A stretch of DNA of 41,739 nucleotides from an uncultured Erysipelotrichaceae bacterium (GCA_902795675.1 CADBLZ010000113.1:1-41739), one strand, 5' to 3'; counted from the first letter of the stretch, positions 16,145-25,046 are shown. Notes: generated by a model not told the origin, from the sequence alone. A program made the numbers and translations.

Positions 16145-16891
16145 ATGAAATTTATATTAAATACCGAAAAAGAATTACAAAGAAATATTGAGTTTAATAA
16201 TGAAGGTGTAATTCTTAATTATTTTCAAAATAAGATTTGTTATTTAATTGGTGGTGGTAAATTCGATGAACTTACTACTATTTATGAAGATATGATTAGT
16301 AATACTAATAAGAAGAATCCTACTACTCTATTTATTAATCATGGTAATAAGTTTGGTAAAGCTAACTATGATAAAGTTAAGAAGATCTTTCAAGAGTTAG
16401 GTTCTGAAACTAAATATCTTCATAAAGAAGATTTAGATGATATTAATAAAACTAAAGAATTAGTTAATAGTGCTGATATTATTTATATTGGTACAGGTAA
16501 TACAAAAGAAATGTTAGACTTATGGAAAGAAAAAAAGTTTGATGATATTCTTATTGAAGCATTCAATAACGGTAAGATAATGGCTGGTATTTCAGCTGGA
16601 GCAATAAGTCTTTCAAGATATGGTTTATCTGATTATTTAAGAGAAGAAGATGAAAAAGCTAAATTAGTAAAACTAGATGGACTTGGAATGGTTGACCTAC
16701 TAACTCTTCCACATGCTAATAAAGATAGTTTTAATGATGAAGATGTTAATAAAGAAAGCAAAGATATCGATTGTTATTTAATTAGTAATAAAGCTTGTGT
16801 TAAAGTATTTAATGATGATGTTAGTTTTATGCTAATCGATGATGGTTTTATTGATATTGTTAAGAGCGGAAAGACAGAACATATTTTATAG
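16145..16891 (+). CDS. Peptidase S51 (dipeptidase E-like, class I glutamine-amidotransferase fold)
   Basis: ADIIYIGTGNTKEMLDLWKE and GKIMAGISAGAISLSRYG contain the nucleophile Ser elbow characteristic of the PepE/cyanophycinase family. Confidence 0.7.
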   Translation: MKFILNTEKELQRNIEFNNEGVILNYFQNKICYLIGGGKFDELTTIYEDMISNTNKKNPTTLFINHGNKFGKANYDKVKKIFQELGSETKYLHKEDLDDINKTKELVNSADIIYIGTGNTKEMLDLWKEKKFDDILIEAFNNGKIMAGISAGAISLSRYGLSDYLREEDEKAKLVKLDGLGMVDLLTLPHANKDSFNDEDVNKESKDIDCYLISNKACVKVFNDDVSFMLIDDGFIDIVKSGKTEHIL

Positions 16892-16899
16892 GAGAAGTT

Positions 16900-17946
16900 A
16901 TGGGCTATTTTAATAAGATAAGTAAGTTTCTAAGAGAGTATTTTAGAATACTATCACCAGATATACCAGAATTCTTAGAAGAGTATATTGATACAGATGA
17001 GATGCAAAGAATTGATGGTACTAGTATGAATGTTGGAGTTCAGTATTCTGGTTTATATAAGTTAGTTAGAGACTATTCAAATTTAGATCATTCAGTTGGT
17101 GTTGCTTTAATAGTATGGCATTTTACTAAAGATAAGAAGGCTACACTTGCTGGTTTATTTCATGATATAGCAACACCTACATTTAAACATTGTATTGATT
17201 TTATGAATGGTGATTATGAAACACAAGAAAGTACAGAAGAAAGAACAACTGATATTATTAAAAATTCAAAGAAGATTATGAGTCTTCTTGAAAGAGATGG
17301 CATTAAGTTAGAAGAAATAAACGACTATAAGTTATATCCAATTGCCGATAATGATCACCCTAAACTATCTGCTGATAGATTAGAATATAATTTCTCTGGT
17401 GGTTTTAGTTTAATAGATTTATGGACATTAGAAGATATTAAGAAATGTTATGATAACATGTTCGTTAGTAAGAATGAAGACGGTATAGATGAGATTGTAT
17501 TTAGGGATTTAGATGTATGTGAATTCTATATCGAGAAGTTATCTAAATTATGGCCATGGTGGATTTGTGATAAAGATAGATGTGTTATGCAATTTATCGC
17601 TGATACATGTAAGGAAATGAATGAGAACGGTTATTTAAGTATTAATGATTTATATACTTATTCAGAAGATTATGTGATAGATTTAATACTTAATCATAGT
17701 AATAAAAGAATAAGTAATCGTTTTAAACAATTTATGAATATTAGAACATATTATGTAACTAAAGATAAACTTAAGAATAAGTATAGTGTTAAAATTAAAT
17801 CAAAGAAAAGATATGTTAATCCTTTAGTTTATAACAAAGGTCGTATATTAGATATTTCTAGTCCATCTAAAAAGAGATTTGATAAATTCTATAATAGTAC
17901 TAATTTTGAAAATTATGTTTCTATAAATATAAAAGAAGAAGATTAA
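16900..17946 (+). CDS. HD-domain phosphohydrolase-superfamily protein
   Basis: LDHSVGVALIV...GLFHDIATPTFKH carries the H...HD motif. RBS AGGAGAAG. Subfamily not recognised. Confidence 0.65.
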   Translation: MGYFNKISKFLREYFRILSPDIPEFLEEYIDTDEMQRIDGTSMNVGVQYSGLYKLVRDYSNLDHSVGVALIVWHFTKDKKATLAGLFHDIATPTFKHCIDFMNGDYETQESTEERTTDIIKNSKKIMSLLERDGIKLEEINDYKLYPIADNDHPKLSADRLEYNFSGGFSLIDLWTLEDIKKCYDNMFVSKNEDGIDEIVFRDLDVCEFYIEKLSKLWPWWICDKDRCVMQFIADTCKEMNENGYLSINDLYTYSEDYVIDLILNHSNKRISNRFKQFMNIRTYYVTKDKLKNKYSVKIKSKKRYVNPLVYNKGRILDISSPSKKRFDKFYNSTNFENYVSINIKEED

Positions 17947-18416
17947 ACATCTTCTTCTTTTGTATTCTCTATTTCAAATAAGACATAACCTAAATCTTGA
18001 TTACATTCTATTTGTGATCTTACTAAGATTTTATTATCTTTAATAAATAAGATATATTCTGTATCATTCTTTAGGAATTTATCTTTACTATAAATACTTA
18101 TATGATTCTTTTTATTATAACCACCATATTGGTAAACATAGTTTTCGTCATATGTACCTTTATAGTTTTCTAACACTTCTATTTTATATTCTGTCATTGG
18201 CATTTCTTCTGAGTTAATATGTTGGTTTTTTATTTTAACTATTTTAGCTCTAACGACATTATCTGATAGTTTTGTTTTTTCTTCGATATCATTTATACCA
18301 TATGGTAAATCAGTTTTTATATAATTTATTTTGTGCGTATAATAATTGATAAATAAATATAATATTATTACGGCTGCAAATATATACATTTTATATAAAT
18401 CTTTATTATTTGTCAT
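17943..18416 (-). CDS. Small membrane-anchored hypothetical protein
   Basis: RBS AGGTGTGA and an N-terminal TM helix (MYIFAAVIILYLFINYY). No family recognised. It is convergent with the HD gene and overlaps it by 4 nt. Confidence 0.4.
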   Translation of the reverse strand: MTNNKDLYKMYIFAAVIILYLFINYYTHKINYIKTDLPYGINDIEEKTKLSDNVVRAKIVKIKNQHINSEEMPMTEYKIEVLENYKGTYDENYVYQYGGYNKKNHISIYSKDKFLKNDTEYILFIKDNKILVRSQIECNQDLGYVLFEIENTKEEDV

Positions 18417-18511
18417 AATATCACACCTGTATTCATTATATCAGTTAATATAAAAATTACAAAATTATTGTTAAAATAGATTTTTTTATCAATTAAATTT
18501 TTTATTTTTAT

Positions 18512-18540
18512 TTGACAAATATATTTTTTAGTTTTATATT
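18512..18540 (+). promoter_or_regulatory. Sigma-A promoter of the leader/ABC-2 operon
   Basis: TTGACA (18512-18517), 17 nt, TATATT (18535-18540). Confidence 0.6.
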
Positions 18541-18621
18541 TCTATCAAGTGAGGAAATATAAGTAACATAGTTACAAGCTATTTCGGGTGAAGAGCCTAC
18601 ACAATTAATTATATAATTGGA

Positions 18622-18651
18622 GTCACGAATTATTTATTCGTGGCTTTTTTT
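18622..18651 (+). terminator. Leader-embedded intrinsic terminator (candidate attenuator)
   Basis: GTCACGAAT (18622-18630) / ATTCGTGGC (18636-18644), loop TATTT, then T7 (18645-18651). It lies about 100 nt after the predicted TSS and 42 nt before the ATG at 18693. Confidence 0.7.
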
Positions 18652-18692
18652 CATATTTTGAACCCCGAATAAGTGGAAAGGAGGAATTATAA

Positions 18693-19178
18693 ATGAAAGA
18701 ATTTAAGCTATATCGCGATGAAAAAAGAATGATTCTAGAATATAGAAAACATTTCTTTGAACATCTAGTCGCATTAAAGAAACAATCTATGAAAGAATAT
18801 TATGAGAAAAAAATTAATATTGAGTCAATAGCATTAGATCTACTAGAAGAACTAGGATTCGATCGTAAGGATATTGGTAGTTTATATCTTGCATCTGTAA
18901 TTGAGGAACTATTCCATGAAAGAAAAGGGTTTGTTGACGGAAATGAGGAGTTCAATTTCGATTGTAAGAATAATAACCATTATTGGCACTTAACTGAGTA
19001 TTATGAAGGTGGTTTTATTTCGATATCAAATGATATTAGAGTAGCCAAGGAAAAATCTTATGTTAAGGATTTATCGATGAACGAAATAGTTTATTCTATC
19101 GTTAATGATATTATTAACATGGTAGATAGAGACGAGTGTAAGAAGCTTGTTTATAGTAATGAAGATATTGACGAATAA
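18693..19178 (+). CDS. Hypothetical cytoplasmic protein, first gene of the ABC-2 operon
   Basis: RBS GGAAAGGAGG and no TM segment. The stretch LLEELGFDRKDIGSLYLASVIEEL faintly resembles Spo0A-C/helix-turn-helix-type segments, but I cannot assign a family. Confidence 0.5.
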   Translation: MKEFKLYRDEKRMILEYRKHFFEHLVALKKQSMKEYYEKKINIESIALDLLEELGFDRKDIGSLYLASVIEELFHERKGFVDGNEEFNFDCKNNNHYWHLTEYYEGGFISISNDIRVAKEKSYVKDLSMNEIVYSIVNDIINMVDRDECKKLVYSNEDIDE

Positions 19179-19237
19179 GTTAATATCTTTTTTTAATCAA
19201 AATATGATAAGATTATTAAAGTAAAAGGAGGATTTAT

Positions 19238-20215
19238 ATGAGTGTTATAGAAGTTAAGAATCTTTCTAAAACTTTTAAAGTTAAGATTAAGGATAAAGGT
19301 TTGAAGGGTTCATTAAAAGCTATTTTTAAGCCAAAATATAAATTAGTTAAAGCCGTTAAGAGTATTGATTTTAGTGTCGAAAAAGGTGAGATGGTTGCTT
19401 TTATCGGACCTAATGGTGCTGGTAAATCAACAACTATTAAGATGCTTACTAGTATTTTATACCCTGATAAAGGTAAGATTAAAGTTATGGGTTTAGATCC
19501 AGCAAAGGATCGTAAAAAATTAGCATATGAGATTGGTACAATGTTTGGTCAAAAAGAACAACTTTGGACACACTTATCACCATATGATAATTTTAAGTTC
19601 TTTGGAGCTATATTTGATATTCCAGAACCTGTAGTTGAGAAGAAGATTAAAGAATTAAGTATGTTATTTGAATTAGATGAATTCATTAATACTCCAGTTC
19701 GTAATTTATCTCTAGGTCAAAGAATTAGATGTGAAATAGTAGCTTCATTGATACATGAACCTAAGATATTATTCTTAGATGAACCTACTATCGGTTTGGA
19801 TCCAGTTGTTAAGGAAAATATCCGTACTTTAATTAAACGAATGAATAAGGAGTACAAAACAACTATTTTCTTAACAAGCCACGATGTTGGTGATATTGAA
19901 AAGTTATGTAAACGTGTAATCATTGTTAATGATGGTCAAATAGTATTAGATGATTCTATGGAGAATTTAAAATATCATTATTTAAATAAGAAGATTGTTG
20001 ATGCTAAGATGAAGGAAAAGATTAATCTTGATGACGAGGACGGAATTACTATTTTAAAAGATAAAGGTTATAATTTAAAAATAGAAGTTGATATTACTAA
20101 GAGAAGCATTTCTGATGCTTTAAAGTTACTTAATCCAGATAATATTATAGATATAAATATTTCTAATGTTCCATTAGAAGATATCATTGCTAATATTTAT
20201 AAGAGTAAGAAATAA
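19238..20215 (+). CDS. ABC transporter ATP-binding protein (ABC-2 type, with C-terminal extension)
   Basis: Walker A GPNGAGKST, Q-loop, signature LSLGQRIR, Walker B ILFLDEPTIGLD, H-loop SHD. Its stop overlaps the next start (TAATG). Confidence 0.9.
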   Translation: MSVIEVKNLSKTFKVKIKDKGLKGSLKAIFKPKYKLVKAVKSIDFSVEKGEMVAFIGPNGAGKSTTIKMLTSILYPDKGKIKVMGLDPAKDRKKLAYEIGTMFGQKEQLWTHLSPYDNFKFFGAIFDIPEPVVEKKIKELSMLFELDEFINTPVRNLSLGQRIRCEIVASLIHEPKILFLDEPTIGLDPVVKENIRTLIKRMNKEYKTTIFLTSHDVGDIEKLCKRVIIVNDGQIVLDDSMENLKYHYLNKKIVDAKMKEKINLDDEDGITILKDKGYNLKIEVDITKRSISDALKLLNPDNIIDINISNVPLEDIIANIYKSKK

Positions 20216-21006
20216 TGAGAAAATATTTGTTTATTTTTAAAACACAAATTATTAGTAATCTACAATACGTTGGCAATGTATTAATTGGATTTATAGGTAA
20301 CTTTGTTATGTTATTCATTTTATTTAATTTATGGAAGTACTTATATAGTGATCCAAGTGAATTAATAAATGGATACAATATGTTTCAAATGACTTGGTAT
20401 GTTATTATTACTGAGTTATTATGGATGAGTCTTGGTGGTAGAAAATTAGTAGGTAAAATAAGTGAAGATGTTATTACTGGTAATGTCGCTTATAACATTA
20501 ATAAACCATATAGTTATGTTGGTTATGTTTTAGCTACACATTTAGGTGATATCTTTATTAAGAGTATTGTTTTATCTATTCTATTTATGATTACTGGTTT
20601 AGTCTTTTTAGGAGGATTCCCAAGTTTAACTCTAGTTAATGTTTTAGTTATTATTTTAACAATGATATTAGCTACAGTAATAAGTACTTTATTTGCTTCT
20701 AGTATTGGTTTACTTGCATTCTTCTTTGAGAATTCAAGATCATTCTGGTGGTTATATAGTAAGTTTATTTTAATACTTGGTACTATCTTCCCTATAGAAT
20801 TCTTCCCTGGAGTATTACAAAAGATTTTATCTTTCAGTCCAGTATTTGTTTCTAGTTATGGTCCAGCAAAACTATTTGTTGACTTCTCTTGGAGCACTGC
20901 TTGGGAAATCTTATTAGCTCAATTAATTTACTTAGCAATTTCTTATGGAATTTGTGAGTTTATTTATAGAAAGGGAGTGAGAAAGATAAATGTTAACGGA
21001 GGTTAA
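20215..21006 (+). CDS. ABC-2 family permease component
   Basis: About 6 TM segments. Translationally coupled to the ATPase. This is the architecture of uncharacterised ATPase plus two-permease ABC-2 systems. Confidence 0.7.
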   Translation: MRKYLFIFKTQIISNLQYVGNVLIGFIGNFVMLFILFNLWKYLYSDPSELINGYNMFQMTWYVIITELLWMSLGGRKLVGKISEDVITGNVAYNINKPYSYVGYVLATHLGDIFIKSIVLSILFMITGLVFLGGFPSLTLVNVLVIILTMILATVISTLFASSIGLLAFFFENSRSFWWLYSKFILILGTIFPIEFFPGVLQKILSFSPVFVSSYGPAKLFVDFSWSTAWEILLAQLIYLAISYGICEFIYRKGVRKINVNGG

Positions 21007-21784
21007 AAAACAATTAAAAGTATCTCTATTAAGTGTTAAATATGGTTTTATGAGAGAAGCACTTAATAAAGCATCTTTGTTTTCAAGTATATTCTTTATG
21101 ATTATTAATAATTCATGTATGATTGTTCAATGGATTGTATTATTTAGTCTTAAAGATAACTTTGGTGGTTACTCTTTTAAAGAAGTATTACTTCTTTGGG
21201 GTTTAGCTGCATCGACATATGGTGTTTCACGTTTCTTCTTTAGAAAGTCATTTAATTTAAGTCAGACTATTGTTAGTGGTGCTTTAGATAATTATATAGT
21301 TCAACCAAAGAGTGTTCTCTTATCTGCTATTATTTCTGAATGTGAACCAAGTGCGTTAGGTGATATTATATTTGGTTATATTATGTACTTTATGTACGGA
21401 TTTAAAATACATACATTTATTCTTTTCACTTTATTCACAATAACTGGTGGTTTGATGATTGTAGCAGTAGCAGTAATACTTGGTAGTTTAAGTTTCTGGT
21501 TAACTAATTCTGATCAAATAGCTGATGTTGGTAATTCATTAGTAACTAACTTTGCAACATATCCTGATGGTATATTTAAAGGAGTTGCTCGTATGATGTT
21601 ATATACTATCATACCAGTAGGTATTACTAACTTTATACCAGCTAGAGCTATTATCAGTTTTAACCCTACTTTATTATTAATTAATATTGGTGCTACTATA
21701 CTATTTATCTTAACTGCTTTCGCAATTTTTTATAGAGGTTTAAGAAGATACTCTTCTAGCAATTTAATGAATGCTAGAGTATAA
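20990..21784 (+). CDS. ABC-2 family permease component (second)
   Basis: About 6 TM segments. Overlaps the previous gene by 17 nt. Confidence 0.7.
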   Translation: MLTEVKKQLKVSLLSVKYGFMREALNKASLFSSIFFMIINNSCMIVQWIVLFSLKDNFGGYSFKEVLLLWGLAASTYGVSRFFFRKSFNLSQTIVSGALDNYIVQPKSVLLSAIISECEPSALGDIIFGYIMYFMYGFKIHTFILFTLFTITGGLMIVAVAVILGSLSFWLTNSDQIADVGNSLVTNFATYPDGIFKGVARMMLYTIIPVGITNFIPARAIISFNPTLLLINIGATILFILTAFAIFYRGLRRYSSSNLMNARV

Positions 21785-21810
21785 AAAAAGAGACTATTAA
21801 GTCTCTTTTT
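21783..21810. terminator. Bidirectional terminator between the ABC operon and the GH5 gene
   Basis: A-run, then AAGAGACT (21788-21795) / AGTCTCTT (21800-21807), then T-run. Confidence 0.65.
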
Positions 21811-22907
21811 TAATATGTTATAAAGATATTTTTTAGGTACTTACCTGCCTCAGATAAGTTTTCATCTTTTAATACTGTTGTACCTGGTCTTAAGACAGCA
21901 CTTGATTCATTTTTATTAGATAGTGACCAAGCTACAATACTTATTTGTTTTTCTTTTAAATATGATATCCATTTATTAGCTTCGTCTAGGAAGATACCAC
22001 CATTTCCAGAAGCATCACTTACACCAAACTCTGTTACAAAAATTGGTGTTCCTTTATTTAATGCTGTAGTAGCTTTTTGTCTTAAGAAATCTTTATGTGT
22101 TCCAGAGTAGAAATGTAATGCATATAAAACGTTATCATAGTTAAGTTTATTTACTTGATCAACATCTTGTGACCATGTAGTTGTACCAACAATAATAATT
22201 GATTTTGGTGAATTCTTTTGAATGATAGGTATTACTTCATTAGCATAGTTATATACGTTATCCATTGATGTGTTATTAGGTTCATTACATATTTCATATA
22301 TAATATTAGGAACATTGCTATATTTACTAGTTACTTCGTTGAAGAATGATTTAGCTTGTTCTTTATATTGTAATGGATTTCCATCACTTAGTATGTGCCA
22401 GTCAACTATAACATACATATCCATTGATATTAGTTCATCAATGATACTATATACTTTATTCTTTATATTAGGATTAGAGATGTAACCATTTTCATTAGTA
22501 TACATAGCTATTCTAAAGACATTAGTATGCCATTCATTTTTTAAGATAGTTAGGTTTTCTTTAGTAACTAAATCGCCAAACCATTGAATACCATGAGAAC
22601 TCATTCCTTTTAAGATGATTGGTTCCCCTTTTTCATTTACTAAAGATGTACCATTTAATTTTAAGAAACCATTATAAGAAACATAATTATTTTTTTCTAC
22701 TATTGGAGCTTCTGGTTGAGGAGTTACTTCTGGTTCCTCATTCTCTTCCGTTTCTTTTTCCTCTTGTTTATTATTCTCTTTTTCTTCTACTTTTGTTTCT
22801 TCTTTTTTATTATCACTTTTATTATTAGTATTTATGAATACTATTATTGATAATATTATGATTATTAATACAAATACTAATGTAATTATTCTACCTTTAT
22901 TTTTCAT
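21810..22907 (-). CDS. Glycoside hydrolase family 5 (endoglucanase-type), membrane-anchored
   Basis: N-terminal TM helix and a Glu/Lys-rich linker. The catalytic domain has NVFRIAMY, IIYEICNEPN (acid/base Glu in NEP), HFY, and FVTEFG (nucleophile Glu). RBS AAGGAG. Confidence 0.85.
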   Translation of the reverse strand: MKNKGRIITLVFVLIIIILSIIVFINTNNKSDNKKEETKVEEKENNKQEEKETEENEEPEVTPQPEAPIVEKNNYVSYNGFLKLNGTSLVNEKGEPIILKGMSSHGIQWFGDLVTKENLTILKNEWHTNVFRIAMYTNENGYISNPNIKNKVYSIIDELISMDMYVIVDWHILSDGNPLQYKEQAKSFFNEVTSKYSNVPNIIYEICNEPNNTSMDNVYNYANEVIPIIQKNSPKSIIIVGTTTWSQDVDQVNKLNYDNVLYALHFYSGTHKDFLRQKATTALNKGTPIFVTEFGVSDASGNGGIFLDEANKWISYLKEKQISIVAWSLSNKNESSAVLRPGTTVLKDENLSEAGKYLKNIFITY

Positions 22908-22965
22908 ATATACTCCTTATGTTATTTTTATTATAACAAAAAATAAAAAAGGATTTTATCCTTTT

Positions 22966-23895
22966 TTATCTTTTTGGATAGTCTTCCTCTTCTTGAAGAT
23001 AATGTGATATTTTTATATCAGAATCTGTTGGAATACTTTTCATTAAGCCAACTATGTCTTCTACAAATCTATCTGTTGTAGTTCCGAAGTCACCTTTACC
23101 AAATAATTCGTTTTGAACTTTTAAACCTTTTACTTTACTCATCTTTTCTGGATTAGTGTTTTTAGGTATTGAGTATTTTACAAATATTCTATTAGGATCA
23201 GTTGTATCTATTTCTATTACAGCAGCATGTCCTAGATTTCGACCCATTATTAGAATTGTGTTTTCAAGATTGATTATATCTAATATATCTGAATCTATAT
23301 ATTCTCTTTGTAATTGTTCAAACAGTTTATCACCAAGAGGTGTTTGAACACCTCGATAATTATATACACAATATTTATCTGGTTTGAATGATTGAACAGT
23401 TGGTATTCTTTTATATAAATTATCATTATTTACTACAAGACTATGAATATAGTGAATACACTCATTTATAGTTATTGGTTCCATTACATTTGCACCATAG
23501 AATAAATAGTATCCTTTGAAACCTTGGTTTACTGATTGAATAAATTCTGGGCGCATTCCACTTATTTCTTTATTTATATAATCTATTATTTTAGAACCAC
23601 TTTGTTTAGCATAAGAATAGAAAAAATTATTAACTACATTTTTTATATTTTGAATCTTTGTTGAAAAAGCTAATCCTATTTCAGGATTTATTTTTTCTGC
23701 TCTTATCATTTTTAAAAAATTATCTTCTATATCATCTAATGCTCTTATTACTCTTTCAATATATTTAAAGATAGATTCATCATTGTATAAATCCATTCCG
23801 TTAGGAAATATTCTATCCTGAGCAGCTTTGGCTTTCATATCTGCTTCAAGGAATTCTTTTAGAGATTCTAGAGCTTTACTTTGTTCTTCTGGCAT
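22966..23895 (-). CDS. Hypothetical protein (no family recognised)
   Basis: 309-aa ORF starting at the ATG at 23895 (RBS TAGGGGA, 8-nt spacer). It has its own extended -10 (TGCTATAAT) and its own terminator-like hairpin at 22945-22967. Confidence 0.5.
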   Translation of the reverse strand: MPEEQSKALESLKEFLEADMKAKAAQDRIFPNGMDLYNDESIFKYIERVIRALDDIEDNFLKMIRAEKINPEIGLAFSTKIQNIKNVVNNFFYSYAKQSGSKIIDYINKEISGMRPEFIQSVNQGFKGYYLFYGANVMEPITINECIHYIHSLVVNNDNLYKRIPTVQSFKPDKYCVYNYRGVQTPLGDKLFEQLQREYIDSDILDIINLENTILIMGRNLGHAAVIEIDTTDPNRIFVKYSIPKNTNPEKMSKVKGLKVQNELFGKGDFGTTTDRFVEDIVGLMKSIPTDSDIKISHYLQEEEDYPKR

Positions 23896-23944
23896 ATTAC
23901 ACATCCCCTATTTTAATTATAGCATTATGTTTTGTCATGTTAGT

Positions 23945-23973
23945 TAAAAACAAAAACTAGGTTTACACCTAGT
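23945..23973 (-). terminator. Intrinsic terminator after the metallophosphoesterase gene
   Basis: ACTAGG (23956-23961) / CCTAGT (23968-23973), followed on the minus strand by TTTTTGTTTTT. Confidence 0.55.
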
Positions 23974-23974
23974 A

Positions 23975-24820
23975 TTATTTTGTTCTTACTCTTATTTTAG
24001 CTTTATCTTCTTCTTTTCTACTATAATCATTACCAATTGATATTAGTCTTATTAAGACATCTGTACCATCATAGGTTACATCTAAGAAACCTGAAGGATA
24101 ACAACTTTTTGTATCATCACTTAAGGATGGTATAAAGATATTATTATCACCATCTTTATCATAGTAATGACGATGACCAAAGAAGTTTATATCTGTTTCT
24201 AATGATTCATTGATTCTATATATAGTTGGATAATCTATGTATTGATTCTTAAATAGATTATTAATATGGTTAATACTTATTTCTAAATCTTCTAAGTTAA
24301 TTAATGTTTTACTTATACCTGTTACTATTATGTTTGGTTTTTTCTCTATTTCTTCAATAATTTCACTTACTCTTTTTTCTGGTTCTTCAATTGGTAATAT
24401 TGACCATATATCATGATCACCAATTGTTACTGCTGTGTATATATCTGGATATGAAGGATAGTTTTCTAAAAAGTAAGCTCTTTCTTCAGATGCTTTATGA
24501 AATTGAGAAAATGTATGAACATTATCAGCACCATAAGATTTTTCTTTAAAACCATTACCTTGTAGTAAGTCTCCTCCATGAATTATTAAACGTATGTTTT
24601 TACGGCAAGCATATTCATATGCAAGTTTGAGTTTGTTTAAGTTTTCTGTATAAGAACCAACATGTGTATCAGAGATAAACAATACTCTTGTTTCGTTTGT
24701 TTGATATCTAAAGATAGGATAGTTTTGTCTAGCGTCATAGTCATCTAATGAATCTAGTATTCTTTTTCTTTCTTTAGTAAATTCATCTGATTGTTGGTAA
24801 TCAACTATTATTTGATCCAT
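23975..24820 (-). CDS. Calcineurin-like metallophosphoesterase
   Basis: The canonical motif series is present: ISDTHVG (DxH), HGGDLLQGN (GDxxD/GN), IGDHD, GHRHY. RBS GGGGAG. Confidence 0.8.
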   Translation of the reverse strand: MDQIIVDYQQSDEFTKERKRILDSLDDYDARQNYPIFRYQTNETRVLFISDTHVGSYTENLNKLKLAYEYACRKNIRLIIHGGDLLQGNGFKEKSYGADNVHTFSQFHKASEERAYFLENYPSYPDIYTAVTIGDHDIWSILPIEEPEKRVSEIIEEIEKKPNIIVTGISKTLINLEDLEISINHINNLFKNQYIDYPTIYRINESLETDINFFGHRHYYDKDGDNNIFIPSLSDDTKSCYPSGFLDVTYDGTDVLIRLISIGNDYSRKEEDKAKIRVRTK

Positions 24821-24890
24821 GAATATCTCCCCTAAGTTGTGAAATATTATAACATAGCTTGTAAAACAAGCAAGTTATGGGTGGATAGAC

Positions 24891-24917
24891 AAAATAAAAA
24901 CTAGTCTTTCGACTAGT
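24891..24917 (-). terminator. Intrinsic terminator after tRNA-Gly
   Basis: ACTAGTC (24900-24906) / GACTAGT (24911-24917), followed on the minus strand by TTTTTATTTT. Confidence 0.6.
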
Positions 24918-24927
24918 TAAAATCAAA

Positions 24928-25001
24928 TGGAGCGGATAGACGGAATCGAACCGACATCAGGAGCTTGGAGGGCTCTTATTCTACCATTAAACTACATCCG
25001 C
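24928..25001 (-). tRNA. tRNA-Gly (UCC)-like, CCA encoded, atypical anticodon loop
   Basis: The reverse complement is GCGGATG-TA-GTTT-AATGGTA-GAAT-A-AGAGC-CCTCCAA-GCTCC-TGAT-GTCGG-TTCGATT-CCGTC-TATCCGC-T-CCA (74 nt). It has the Gly identity set (G1-C72, C2-G71, G3-C70, U73, C35 C36), but C at position 33, A27.C43 and U50.U64. Confidence 0.8.
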
Positions 25002-25018
25002 ATCAGTAGACAATTAAA

Positions 25019-25046
25019 ATTATAACATAATATTAGAAAAATGCAA
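25019..25046 (-). promoter_or_regulatory. Sigma-A promoter for tRNA-Gly
   Basis: Minus strand: TTGCAT (25046-25041), 16 nt, TATAAT (25024-25019). Confidence 0.55.
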
